Below, piece by piece: positions 29,177 through 38,557 of a stretch of 64,000 bases of DNA. Every line of letters starts with the position of its first letter. The first letter of the stretch is position 1. A model generated the notes under the pieces. That model searched no databases. It was not told the DNA's origin and saw only the letters and a program-made list of their open reading frames with translations. The translations under genes were made by a program, and so were the position numbers. Origin of the DNA: Microgenomates group bacterium Gr01-1014_7 (GTDB taxonomy: Bacteria; Patescibacteriota; Microgenomatia; Daviesbacterales; UBA10151); the NCBI GenBank assembly GCA_007376405.1, contig VMGD01000006.1, positions 19,337 through 83,336 of the forward strand, read 5' to 3'.

Positions 29177-29878
29177 TTAAATAATAAACTGGTTAACTGG
29201 GGAATTTAGGTAGTCTTTGTTTATGCGGGAGTTGATTTTTTTAATCCACTCAAGATCAATATGTAACTGCTCTGCAATCTCTTCCGGCTTAAGTGTTTTT
29301 TCTGTTAATAAATAAAGTATTTGATCTACTTTTTCCCACTGATTTGTTTTGGGGATAAATTGCTCGGGTAAATTTAGCAATTTGGCCAGCTCAATAATTT
29401 CTGTTTTATACAAAGAATAAAAAGGCATTATCTGGCCGTAAAAACCTTGCGGTCTTGTGCCTGCTAACCTGTCACTTTTATCAATAATATCAACAAGGAC
29501 CGCTTTCATATTATCTGCCTGGATTAATAAGTGGTAATTTATAAAACGGTTATAAAAATTCCTGACAGCCTCCGGTTGATGCGGGTGATAGCTGGATAGT
29601 TCGCTGCGATAAGCTACTCCCCGTTTTAGTATATAAGTATTTAAAGATAGGTTTTGGCAGAATGCTGTTAGGCTGTTTGTCCTGGCAGCTTCGTCAAAAT
29701 CAAAAATCAAAGCTACAGCTTTTTCTCCCAGGGCCCTTTGCAGTGCCGCCGCAGCTACCAGGGAATTTAAATCACCATTAATTCCAACCATTACTTTAGA
29801 AAAATTTTTATGAGAATATTTAATAAAGTTAATTAATTTATCAACCAGCTGTTGGTCAATTCTTTTAGGCAGGTTCAT
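29177..29878 (-). CDS. Degenerate NAD synthetase (NadE)-like protein
   Basis: Overall NadE pattern (P..SLYKTEI..LA..L.LP), but SGGxDS is replaced by NGDLNS. Confidence 0.6.
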   Translation of the reverse strand: MNLPKRIDQQLVDKLINFIKYSHKNFSKVMVGINGDLNSLVAAAALQRALGEKAVALIFDFDEAARTNSLTAFCQNLSLNTYILKRGVAYRSELSSYHPHQPEAVRNFYNRFINYHLLIQADNMKAVLVDIIDKSDRLAGTRPQGFYGQIMPFYSLYKTEIIELAKLLNLPEQFIPKTNQWEKVDQILYLLTEKTLKPEEIAEQLHIDLEWIKKINSRINKDYLNSPVNQFII

Positions 29879-29912
29879 TGTTGTAAAGCTTTAATAATAG
29901 TATACTAATTTC

Positions 29913-30794
29913 ATGGATAATCTGCCTCCTCCAATTCAGGTTACCCGGGGTGATAGTGGCGGTAAACCTCCGCCGTCCGATGATTCACTGGTAGAATTTA
30001 AAGTTAAAAATCCTTTTCAGAAATTTTTCAACTGGATTATCAGTTTCATGAAGAGAAATGCCAATATCACTATCAAGATACCGCTCATAGGCATCTTCAT
30101 AGCGCTTTTTGGTGCAGGTTATACCATTGGTTTTAACAACGCGATTTCTAAATTCTTTCCTGATTCTTCTCCGCTTTTTCACAGAGCCATTTCAGTTGAG
30201 GGTATTATCCAAAGGGGCAGTTCAGGCAAATTTTATCTAAAATCAGGAGATAATACCTGGACTTTAAAACCAGTAAATCAGGAAATTAATCCGGCAGATT
30301 ATATGGATCAGGAAGTAACAATCAAGGGTAATTTAAGCAGTCAAAAGGGAGTTATTGAAGTTGCGGAGGTTATCTCTACTACGCCGGCTCCTCCTGCTGA
30401 ACCTGTCATTCCTGCTCCTTTATCTAATCCTCCTATTTCTTCTAATTCTTCTAATTTTTCTGACCTTCCTGTTTTATATTCCGGTCTTCAGTGGGAAACC
30501 AGTCAAAAAAAGCTTTTAACTTTTACTTCCGGAAAAAGAAGGATAGAGGAACAGGGGATATATTTTGAATCTGCTATGATAAATCAGTTCCCCCAGGAAT
30601 TTATTAATTATTATCTGGAAGATTTAAACGGCAAAGGTTTTAAAGAAACTTTAAATTCCATTAATCCTGATGGAATTACCATCACTTATTCCAAAGATAA
30701 TTTGTTTTTAACTTTTGGAGTTAAATATAAATATTCCGGGTCAGGAGATAAAAAACAATTTACAGGTTACAAAGCCTTTATAGAACATAACTAA
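29913..30794 (+). CDS. Hypothetical membrane-anchored protein
   Basis: One TM segment, Pro/Ser-rich linker. Confidence 0.65.
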   Translation: MDNLPPPIQVTRGDSGGKPPPSDDSLVEFKVKNPFQKFFNWIISFMKRNANITIKIPLIGIFIALFGAGYTIGFNNAISKFFPDSSPLFHRAISVEGIIQRGSSGKFYLKSGDNTWTLKPVNQEINPADYMDQEVTIKGNLSSQKGVIEVAEVISTTPAPPAEPVIPAPLSNPPISSNSSNFSDLPVLYSGLQWETSQKKLLTFTSGKRRIEEQGIYFESAMINQFPQEFINYYLEDLNGKGFKETLNSINPDGITITYSKDNLFLTFGVKYKYSGSGDKKQFTGYKAFIEHN

Positions 30795-31147
30795 ATTACC
30801 AGTTTTGCCGGGTGGAGTTTTCTTTCAAACGGGTCAAGAACCAAACCCATTGCTTCAAGAGTTAATACCCCCAAAAGCGGAGAGTCGCCTGCTTTTCCTA
30901 GGACTACAGGGGATGCGGTTCTTCTCCCCCCAAATTTAATATAGGCACTTCCAACCGGGCGGGTGATACTTCTTCCATCAGCCAGGCTAAATTGTTGTTT
31001 AAAGTCAGGTTTTAAGTCAAGTTTTTTAACCATTCTCTGTGGCAAAACCGTATAAGCTGCTCCACTGTCAACTAAAAATTCTCCCCTTACCGCTTTAGTC
31101 TGGTCTTCAGGATTCGTTATTTCTAAAACAACAGTAGTAAGTCCCAT
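30791..31147 (-). CDS. Clan AA (retropepsin-like) aspartic protease
   Basis: LVDSGA, LADGR, LLG..TLEA.GL..DP. Confidence 0.85.
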   Translation of the reverse strand: MGLTTVVLEITNPEDQTKAVRGEFLVDSGAAYTVLPQRMVKKLDLKPDFKQQFSLADGRSITRPVGSAYIKFGGRRTASPVVLGKAGDSPLLGVLTLEAMGLVLDPFERKLHPAKLVI

Positions 31148-31190
31148 ATGCGATTGTATTTTAACAAAAATCCTGCTATTATTCCAGTCT

Positions 31191-31451
31191 ATGGCAGTTA
31201 AACTTTTAGACTACTTCGCTCCCTGGTGCGGCCCGTGCCATGTAATGGCTCCAGTTTTGGAAGAAATTGAGAAGGAATTGGTGGGTAAAGTAGAGGTTGT
31301 CAGAATCAATGTAGATAAACAGCCTGCAGAAGCACAAAAATATGGGGTGCTGAGTATTCCCACGTATATAATTGAAAAAGATGGTCAGGAAGTTGGCCGC
31401 AAAATAGGAGTTACCCCCAAAGCAGAACTAATTAAACTTTTAGGCGTTTAA
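31191..31451 (+). CDS. trxA: Thioredoxin
   Basis: WCGPC and SIPT motifs. Confidence 0.92.
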   Translation: MAVKLLDYFAPWCGPCHVMAPVLEEIEKELVGKVEVVRINVDKQPAEAQKYGVLSIPTYIIEKDGQEVGRKIGVTPKAELIKLLGV

Positions 31452-31750
31452 TGGACTTCAAGGATAAAGTCATTCAGATAGTTAAACAAATCCCGTATGG
31501 AAAAGTTACGACCTATGGTACTATTTCTACTTTGGCGGGTTTACCCAGAGGAGCGAGGCTTGTTGGAGGGATACTTCACTTTAATATTGAGAAATCTCCA
31601 TGGCATAGAGTTATAAATAGAAATGGATTTATTTCCACTAAATGTTTAGAACACCCAAAAGCTTTGCAAAAAACTTTACTTGAGCAAGAGGGCATTGAGG
31701 TCTCAAAAGATTTCATGGTAGACTTGAAAAGGTATGGCTGGTTCGGGTAG
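31451..31750 (+). CDS. Alkyltransferase-like (ATL/YbaZ) protein
   Basis: IPYGKVTTYG; PWHRV has Trp in place of the catalytic Cys. Confidence 0.88.
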   Translation: MDFKDKVIQIVKQIPYGKVTTYGTISTLAGLPRGARLVGGILHFNIEKSPWHRVINRNGFISTKCLEHPKALQKTLLEQEGIEVSKDFMVDLKRYGWFG

Positions 31751-31754
31751 TAAT

Positions 31755-32423
31755 ATGAAAAACATTTGGATTATAGCTAACTGGAAAAGCAACAAAACAA
31801 TTGCTGAAGCCCTTGACTGGGTGTCCAAAGTTGGACCGGCAATTCCCAAGAGGGATGGTCTGAAAGTAGTGATTTGCCCAACTTTTAGTTGTATTTCCGA
31901 AGTAAAAAAAGCTGTGACTGTGGGAAATTTTCCCTTAATGGTAGGGGTGCAAGATCTTTCCCCTTTTGGAGTAGGGGCTTATACAGGGGAAGAGCCTGCA
32001 AAGCTTCTTGAAGATTATGTTAACCTGGCTATTTTAGGTCATTCCGAAAGAAGACAAAATTTTGGTGAAACTGACGAGATGGTTGCAAAGAAAGCAGAGC
32101 AGGCATTGGCAAATAGCACAATACCGCTTATATGTGTGCAGAACGAAGAAACTCCTGTACCGGAAGATTGTAAGCTGGTGGCTTATGAACCTGTTTGGGC
32201 CATAGGAACTGGTAATCCTGATACTCCGCAAAATGCCGCTGATGTAGCAAAAAAATTAAAACAAAAATACGGCGGGGAATTACAGGTGCTTTATGGGGGA
32301 AGTGTAACTTCACAAAACGTAAAAAGCTTTGTAAGTCAGGAAAATATTGACGGAGTGCTGGTGGGCAATGCCTCTTTGGATGCAGAAGAATTCATCAAGA
32401 TAGTAAAGGGGTGTGAGGAGTAA
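31755..32423 (+). CDS. tpiA: Triosephosphate isomerase
   Basis: NWK, GHSERR, AYEPVWAIGTG, LYGGSV. Confidence 0.96.
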   Translation: MKNIWIIANWKSNKTIAEALDWVSKVGPAIPKRDGLKVVICPTFSCISEVKKAVTVGNFPLMVGVQDLSPFGVGAYTGEEPAKLLEDYVNLAILGHSERRQNFGETDEMVAKKAEQALANSTIPLICVQNEETPVPEDCKLVAYEPVWAIGTGNPDTPQNAADVAKKLKQKYGGELQVLYGGSVTSQNVKSFVSQENIDGVLVGNASLDAEEFIKIVKGCEE

Positions 32424-32428
32424 ACTTT

Positions 32429-33664
32429 GTGAAACGGATTAATTTGCAACCGGGTGAACGTTCAAATCCCATTAAAGTAAGAAAAGTTAAAAGGATAATT
32501 ACCAAGCTGTTCCCCTTTGTTTTGGTAATCAGTCTTTTAACCGTACTGTCCATTTTTCTAATTACTCTTTCCGGTTCCAATACTGTTATTAATTTTAACT
32601 GGCCGGGAAATCCTTTTAAGTCTACCGGTGGCAGAGTAAATATTTTACTTTTAGGCATTGCCGGAGGGACGCATGACGGAAGTAACTTAACCGATACAAT
32701 TATGGTTGCCTCATATAATTTTAAAACCAGTCAAGTATATCTTATATCTATCCCGAGAGATTTGTGGCTGCCTGCTTTAAGAACCAAAGCTAATGCGGTT
32801 TATCAGATGGGCATGAATCAAAATAACGGGTTAGGTTTTAGCAAAACTATTATGGGAAATGTTTTGGGAATTCCAATTCACTATGGTTTAAGGATAGATT
32901 TTAGAGGTTTTGTTGCGGCAATAAATACCTTGGATGGAATAGATGTTTTAGTGGATCGCTCCTTTGATGATTATAATTATCCGATTGAAGGCAAGGAAAA
33001 TGATCTATGCGGATTTGAGGAAAAAGAAATTGATTTTTCGGAGAATCAAGCCAAACAGTTAAATATCGATCCGGGTAAAAGAAAAGTGTTTGTGGCCCCG
33101 GATGGAAAAATCGCCACAGATTCGGCTGAAGAAGATAAAGGTATTCAGTATTTTTCCTGCAGGTATGAGCACGTTAGCTTTAAGGAGGGCTTGACCCATA
33201 TGGACGGGGAAACTGCCTTAAACTTTGTCAGATCAAGGCACGGAACCAATGGGGAAGGGTCTGATTTTGCTAGGTCCAAAAGACAGGAGAAGGCTTTACA
33301 AGCCACCAGAGAAAAAGCGTTATCCCTGGAAACGCTTTTTAATCCAGAGAAAATTTCTGGACTGATAAAAACTCTGGGTAAAAGCATAGACACGGATATT
33401 TCTGTTAAAGAAGGGTTGGAGTTTTATAAACTATTGAAAAACTTAAATAAAACTCATAATTTTGTTTTGGATGACTCTTTAAGAACCGGTTTTCCGTTAG
33501 GTAGAAGTTCTTTATTAATACATCCGCCTGCTTCAGATTATGGAGGGGCTTATGTTTTAGTGTCCCAGGATGATGACTTTTCAATCATACAAGGGTATAT
33601 TAGAAAGTTATTAAACGGGGAGGTAGAAAATGAAAGCAGTGCTTCTGCACGGTCCGGTAATTAG
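32429..33664 (+). CDS. LCP (LytR-CpsA-Psr) family protein
   Basis: NILLLG, TDTIM, SIPRD, RSR, DF.RS.RQ. Confidence 0.9.
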   Translation: MKRINLQPGERSNPIKVRKVKRIITKLFPFVLVISLLTVLSIFLITLSGSNTVINFNWPGNPFKSTGGRVNILLLGIAGGTHDGSNLTDTIMVASYNFKTSQVYLISIPRDLWLPALRTKANAVYQMGMNQNNGLGFSKTIMGNVLGIPIHYGLRIDFRGFVAAINTLDGIDVLVDRSFDDYNYPIEGKENDLCGFEEKEIDFSENQAKQLNIDPGKRKVFVAPDGKIATDSAEEDKGIQYFSCRYEHVSFKEGLTHMDGETALNFVRSRHGTNGEGSDFARSKRQEKALQATREKALSLETLFNPEKISGLIKTLGKSIDTDISVKEGLEFYKLLKNLNKTHNFVLDDSLRTGFPLGRSSLLIHPPASDYGGAYVLVSQDDDFSIIQGYIRKLLNGEVENESSASARSGN

Positions 33665-34289
33665 CTCATCCAGAGGCAAACTTATTGACATTAAAAAAAA
33701 GTTTGACCCAAATAATGTGGTTGTCTTTGACCCTTCGGCAAGCTCTGGGCAAATAATGGCAAGTTTACAGACGGTACCAATGTTTTCCGATGATCGCCTG
33801 ATTATTATTGAAAACCCACAGGAAGATTTTGTTTTACCCTATACCCTATACTCTATACCCTATACCCTTATCTTATGGTTTGATCATGAAATTGATCCCA
33901 AAAAATATCCCCAAGCTGAAATTCTATTTTTCCCGGAAGGGAAAGAAATTTCTGCCTTCCCATTTCTGGATCTCTTGGCCTCTAAAAATGAGCAAAGCTC
34001 TACTGCGTATAAAAATGCCTTTTTAGAACTGGAAAAGCTTAAAAATGCCGGTTTTGATACGCAATATATAATCACGATGGTTTTTTATCTCCTGAGAAGT
34101 TTAATTTATCTTCCTAAAAAAGCTCATCCGTATGTTATGCAAAAAGTAGCCAAGCAAAGAAAAAATTTCTCTCAGGGTGAAATAATTTCCCTTTATAGAT
34201 TTATTTTGGATTCGGATTTTAAAATAAAAAAAGGGCTCTTGGAAACAGGTCATGCAGAATTTTTACTGGTTAATTTGTTTTGCCATTAA
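33630..34289 (+). CDS. DNA polymerase III delta (HolA)-like, short and divergent
   Basis: T.PMFSDDRLIII and D.KIK.G patterns. Confidence 0.6.
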   Translation: MKAVLLHGPVISSSRGKLIDIKKKFDPNNVVVFDPSASSGQIMASLQTVPMFSDDRLIIIENPQEDFVLPYTLYSIPYTLILWFDHEIDPKKYPQAEILFFPEGKEISAFPFLDLLASKNEQSSTAYKNAFLELEKLKNAGFDTQYIITMVFYLLRSLIYLPKKAHPYVMQKVAKQRKNFSQGEIISLYRFILDSDFKIKKGLLETGHAEFLLVNLFCH

Positions 34290-35165
34290 ATCCAGGTCCT
34301 CTTGATCAACTACCCCATCTTTATTTAAATCAGCCCTTTTGTCCTTTAGGTTTGGGCCGAAATTTTGCAAAATAATGGCATTGTCCGCAGCATTTATTTT
34401 GCCATCCCCGTTTAAATCATATTTACTCGTATCGTAATTGGAGGTAGTAAGGTCCAAATCAGCACCCAGGCTGATAGGAGGTAACCCTTCCTTTGCATCT
34501 TCCAGTTTAAACAAGGCGCTGGCCTGTCCTTTTCCGGATATAATGGTTAGTTTTGCAATTGCCGCATCTGTTAGCGGGAAGCTGTCAGATAAATCCGCTT
34601 TTCTTAATTGAGATATGGGGATTAGGAAATTACCCGAATTTTTAGCTAAAGCGGACTCTGTAGTTGCATCAGCAATGGAGAGATAAACAATAGCTTCATC
34701 CACAGGGGTATTGTTATCAAGCACCGATCCGATGATGGGCTGAAATCCGGTTTGAGCGAAAAGAGGAGCGGCTGTTGTAAATTTTAGAGTTTCGGTTGAA
34801 ATTTTACTTGTGATAATTTTGTACTGATAGGTAGTTTTAGGAAGAAGATTTTTTATTGTTACATAATGCATAGTATGAGGTTTTGGACTGCCGGTATCCC
34901 GCTCATCCAGAATAGTTTGCTCGTCAGGGTTTGATTGGCCAAAACTAATAAAAGATACAGTCGGAGCAGATGTTTGCCAGGAAATATTAATAGAATCATC
35001 AGATATATTTGATAGTGTAATATTTTGCGGAGTTGAATCGGGGGATGCTTTAGAGATGAAACTTTGTTCTTTTAGGGTGAGAAACACTCCGGCTCCTATC
35101 CCAATAATTATAATACCCAGTCCTAAAAGGGTAGGTATCTTAAACTTATTTATAAAATTCTTCAT
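34263..35165 (-). CDS. Surface protein with FN3-like and dockerin-like domains
   Basis: N-terminal TM; ISWQT...H.V...NL.P.T.Y.Y; two DLN.DG..N/D..D motifs. Confidence 0.8.
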   Translation of the reverse strand: MKNFINKFKIPTLLGLGIIIIGIGAGVFLTLKEQSFISKASPDSTPQNITLSNISDDSINISWQTSAPTVSFISFGQSNPDEQTILDERDTGSPKPHTMHYVTIKNLLPKTTYQYKIITSKISTETLKFTTAAPLFAQTGFQPIIGSVLDNNTPVDEAIVYLSIADATTESALAKNSGNFLIPISQLRKADLSDSFPLTDAAIAKLTIISGKGQASALFKLEDAKEGLPPISLGADLDLTTSNYDTSKYDLNGDGKINAADNAIILQNFGPNLKDKRADLNKDGVVDQEDLDLMAKQINQ

Positions 35166-35338
35166 GGTGTTACTTTCAATCCGGAGATATCAAACTCAGG
35201 ACTGATTGGTTCAATCAACTCCTTTGTTTTTGAAGGAATTTCAACTTGAGCGCGGGTATGCAATATATCAAATACTACCCAGGCACAGATTGTTAAAAAT
35301 GTTAAAATTGCGGCAACCAGCCACTCTTTCCTGCTCAT
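35162..35338 (-). CDS. Small TM protein (58 aa, not in the ORF track)
   Basis: MSRKEWLVAAILTFLTICAWVVFDIL...; 4-nt overlaps with both neighbours. Confidence 0.7.
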   Translation of the reverse strand: MSRKEWLVAAILTFLTICAWVVFDILHTRAQVEIPSKTKELIEPISPEFDISGLKVTP

Positions 35339-35940
35339 TTTAGGTAATATGCCTTTCCGGAAAGGGACATTACGAGTCCTCCTCCTTCACTAAGCTTTGA
35401 TAAAGATAAGTTATCTATCGAGATTAACCTACCACTACTTTTTAAATCCTGCAATATGGAAATAAGTTTTGCGTACTCACCCTCAACATTGAAAATAAAG
35501 GAAATTTCCGCAAGATTACTTACTTTATCCTCCTCCTTTGCAGCTATCGTTAGAGGTTGAATTTGTAAGGCCGAGATTGAAGCCTCGTATTTTTTGGCTG
35601 TTTGCTCAAGTGTTTGGATGACAGATTTAAGCTCGGCAGTATCAGGGATGGCTGATGAAATTCTGATTTTGATGTTTGGATCCAGGTTATCATAATTTTG
35701 TTTACCTTTTGATAGATTTTCCGCTTTTTGATTAACTTTTTCCAAGACTTGCGTTGAGTTGGCCAGTTTTTTTTGCAGAACCAGAATTGTTTCAACAGTG
35801 GGCTTTATTGCGTAAATAATGAATATAACCATAATCACAAGAGTAAAAATGGTTGAACCGTAAGTTTTTATAATCGGAAGTTTTGTAATAGGTTTTATAT
35901 AGGTAAAATATCTGGAATATCTTGATGATTTATCTCTCAT
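35335..35940 (-). CDS. Type IV pilus PilO-like protein
   Basis: TM, coiled coil, G.Y..L...L..L...RLI; follows the PilN-like gene. Confidence 0.7.
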   Translation of the reverse strand: MRDKSSRYSRYFTYIKPITKLPIIKTYGSTIFTLVIMVIFIIYAIKPTVETILVLQKKLANSTQVLEKVNQKAENLSKGKQNYDNLDPNIKIRISSAIPDTAELKSVIQTLEQTAKKYEASISALQIQPLTIAAKEEDKVSNLAEISFIFNVEGEYAKLISILQDLKSSGRLISIDNLSLSKLSEGGGLVMSLSGKAYYLK

Positions 35941-36527
35941 GAACTTTTTCCTCCTGAAGGATTTGAATTTGCCTGGGCACTAACACTAAAATTTAAACTG
36001 CCCTTTTCAAAACCAATACTGGTAACCGCAACATCAGAGAAGCTTTGATCATCTTTTAGCCCCTGGATAAAGGTAGATAAAGCATTATTATTTTCCGCTT
36101 GAGCATTCAAATTAACAGTAACTTTATTGCCGTTTTTTTCTAAGTTAAGACTAATTATTTTTACACCGATTGGGGTTTGAGCGGCAATCCTTTTTAAAAT
36201 TTGAGGATAATCGGCATAGTTTGAATAGAAAGATGAAATAGCTGAAAGTTTAAGCTGGGTTTGTCGGATTAAAATTTCCACAGGCTTTAAACTCTCAATA
36301 TAGGGAATTTGTTGCTCAATTGCTTCTTTTTTGGAAGCTAAATCGTCATCCAATTTAAATCTGGAAATAAAAACAATCAAAACCAAGGCTTCCACAAAAA
36401 TAAATATATAGCGGCCGGTAGAAAGAAGCCAGCGGAGCAGTCTACTAAAAAGCTTTTCCGGACTACTTTGCGGCCTTAGCAAATCCAAGTTAATAGCAGG
36501 AAACTTAATAATCTTTGCTTTGGGCAT
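35937..36527 (-). CDS. Type IV pilus PilN-like protein
   Basis: INLDLL, TM, L..I...TP.GV, F...L.....FSDV. Confidence 0.7.
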   Translation of the reverse strand: MPKAKIIKFPAINLDLLRPQSSPEKLFSRLLRWLLSTGRYIFIFVEALVLIVFISRFKLDDDLASKKEAIEQQIPYIESLKPVEILIRQTQLKLSAISSFYSNYADYPQILKRIAAQTPIGVKIISLNLEKNGNKVTVNLNAQAENNNALSTFIQGLKDDQSFSDVAVTSIGFEKGSLNFSVSAQANSNPSGGKSS

Positions 36528-36540
36528 GCATTAATTATAC

Positions 36541-36804
36541 TTAATTTTTCGCCGCTTTTTTAGGGGCTGTTTGTTTAACTGTTTTACTTAATCTTGATTT
36601 AAGTCTGGCTGCTTTGTTGGGGTGGATCAGTTTGACTTTGGTTGCTTTGTCTAAAGCGGAAAAAACTGCTTGAAGGTCTTTGGCAGATTTTGAGGTTCGC
36701 ACCCTTTTTATTAAAATCTTTAAAGCTAACTCCCGTTTTTTATTACGGGCTGTTCGAACTTTATCTTTCCTGACCTTTTTAATTGCCGAGCGTATTATTG
36801 GCAT
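36541..36804 (-). CDS. rpsT: 30S ribosomal protein S20
   Basis: SAIKK.R, DK.....IH.NKAAR.KSRL. Confidence 0.95.
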   Translation of the reverse strand: MPIIRSAIKKVRKDKVRTARNKKRELALKILIKRVRTSKSAKDLQAVFSALDKATKVKLIHPNKAARLKSRLSKTVKQTAPKKAAKN

Positions 36805-36893
36805 GGTTGTTCCCTTGTCAAAAATTATCGTTTAGACAATTTTTGCAAGTGGATCTCGCTCCTTCGGAGCTCCGATATGTTAACATATATAAA

Positions 36894-38552
36894 ATGGTAA
36901 AATCAATTTTCTCCCTTCTTTATTCAAGACAAACCTCAATTTTATCCGGAGCCTCAATTATTATGGTGACCATGATGTTGGCAAAGATATTGGGTCTTGT
37001 CAGAGACCGTTTGCTGGCTCACGTTTTCCCTCCCAACACTATTGATATTTTCTGGGCAGCTTTTAGATTACCGGATTTAATTTTTCAAATTGTAATTTTG
37101 GGGACTTTGTCTGTGGCTTTCATTCCGGTTTTTACTGAATATTTTGAGAATGAACGAAGTTCTTCTCCGAATAAAGGCAGGGAAAATGCCTTTGCTCTTG
37201 CCAGAGCGATTTTGAATGTTTCCCTCAGCATATTTATTTTGGCAGCAATTTTAATTTATATTTTTGCCCCTATTATTACTACCTTTATTGCTCCGGGATT
37301 TACTGCGGAAAAACAAGCTCAGGTAGTAGCTTTAACCAGAATAATTATTTTTGGCCAGGTACTGCTTGTTCTGGGATCTTTTTTTATTGGGATTTTACAG
37401 TCCTTTCAACGGTTTATTATTCCTGCTCTGGCGCCAGTTTTTTATAATTTTGGGATTATTTTGGGAATTGTTATATTTTCTAAAACCTGGGGAATTACGG
37501 GCGCGGCTTTTGGTGTAGTTATTGGCGCAGGGCTGCATGCGGCAGTTCAACTACCCTTAATCTGGTCATTGGGTTTTAGATTTAAATTTCCACTTGGTTT
37601 TTTCCACCCTGGAGTAAAAGAAATACTCCAACTTATGAGTGTAAGAACGCTAGGATTGGCTGCAGAGCAAATTAATGAAACTGTGGGACTGGCGCTGGCA
37701 TCTTTAGCATCAGTTGGGTCTGTCACCTATTTAACTTTTGCCCAGCACCTGCAGGTTGTGCCAATTGGGCTTTTTGGCGCAACTTTGGCGCAAGCAGCCC
37801 TACCAGTTCTTTCGTCCGAGAAAGCTCGGGGAAGAATTGACGAGTTTAAAATTACCCTTTTGACCACCATGCATCAAATATTATTTTTGGCTCTTCCGGC
37901 AACGGCAATTTTGATTGTAATGAGGATTCCGGTTGTCCGTCTGGTTTTCGGAGCGTCTCAGTTTGACTGGAAGGCCACTGTTTTAACAGGTGCAACTTTG
38001 GCTTTCCTTGCAATCGGGTTAGCTGCCCAAGCTGTTTCTCTACTTTTAGTTAGGGGGTTTTATGCTATGAAAGATACCAAAACCCCGGTAATTGTTTCAC
38101 TTATTGTAGTTTTAGTAAATATAGCTTTAAGTTTTTATTTTATTTTGGGACTTCATCTGGCAGTTTGGAGTATAGGACTTAGCTTTTCTATCTCTGCTAT
38201 TTTATCCGGGATTTTGCTTTTTTGGACGCTTCATTTTAAGGTTGGAAAGTTCAATTTAAAAGCAGTGCTTATTCCTTTGGCTAAAATGCTGATGGCCACA
38301 GCGATTATGGGGGTGGCATTGTATGTACCGATTAAGCTTTTGGATCAGGTGATTTTTGATACTACCAGGACCGTGAATTTATTAATTTTAACAGGAATTT
38401 CCTCAATTTTTGCTTTATCCGTTTATATTCTTTTGGTTTGGTTTTTAAGGGTTAGGGAACTACAAACTTATTCGGATTTGATAACCAGAATCGCCAAGTT
38501 CCAGCCCAAAATAAAATCAGAAGAAATCCTGCCGGAAAGTCACTCTGTTTGA
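36894..38552 (+). CDS. murJ: Lipid II flippase MurJ/MviN
   Basis: LGLVRD, AFRLPD, AFIPVF, FYAMKDTKTP. Confidence 0.93.
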   Translation: MVKSIFSLLYSRQTSILSGASIIMVTMMLAKILGLVRDRLLAHVFPPNTIDIFWAAFRLPDLIFQIVILGTLSVAFIPVFTEYFENERSSSPNKGRENAFALARAILNVSLSIFILAAILIYIFAPIITTFIAPGFTAEKQAQVVALTRIIIFGQVLLVLGSFFIGILQSFQRFIIPALAPVFYNFGIILGIVIFSKTWGITGAAFGVVIGAGLHAAVQLPLIWSLGFRFKFPLGFFHPGVKEILQLMSVRTLGLAAEQINETVGLALASLASVGSVTYLTFAQHLQVVPIGLFGATLAQAALPVLSSEKARGRIDEFKITLLTTMHQILFLALPATAILIVMRIPVVRLVFGASQFDWKATVLTGATLAFLAIGLAAQAVSLLLVRGFYAMKDTKTPVIVSLIVVLVNIALSFYFILGLHLAVWSIGLSFSISAILSGILLFWTLHFKVGKFNLKAVLIPLAKMLMATAIMGVALYVPIKLLDQVIFDTTRTVNLLILTGISSIFALSVYILLVWFLRVRELQTYSDLITRIAKFQPKIKSEEILPESHSV

Positions 38553-38557
38553 ATCTT

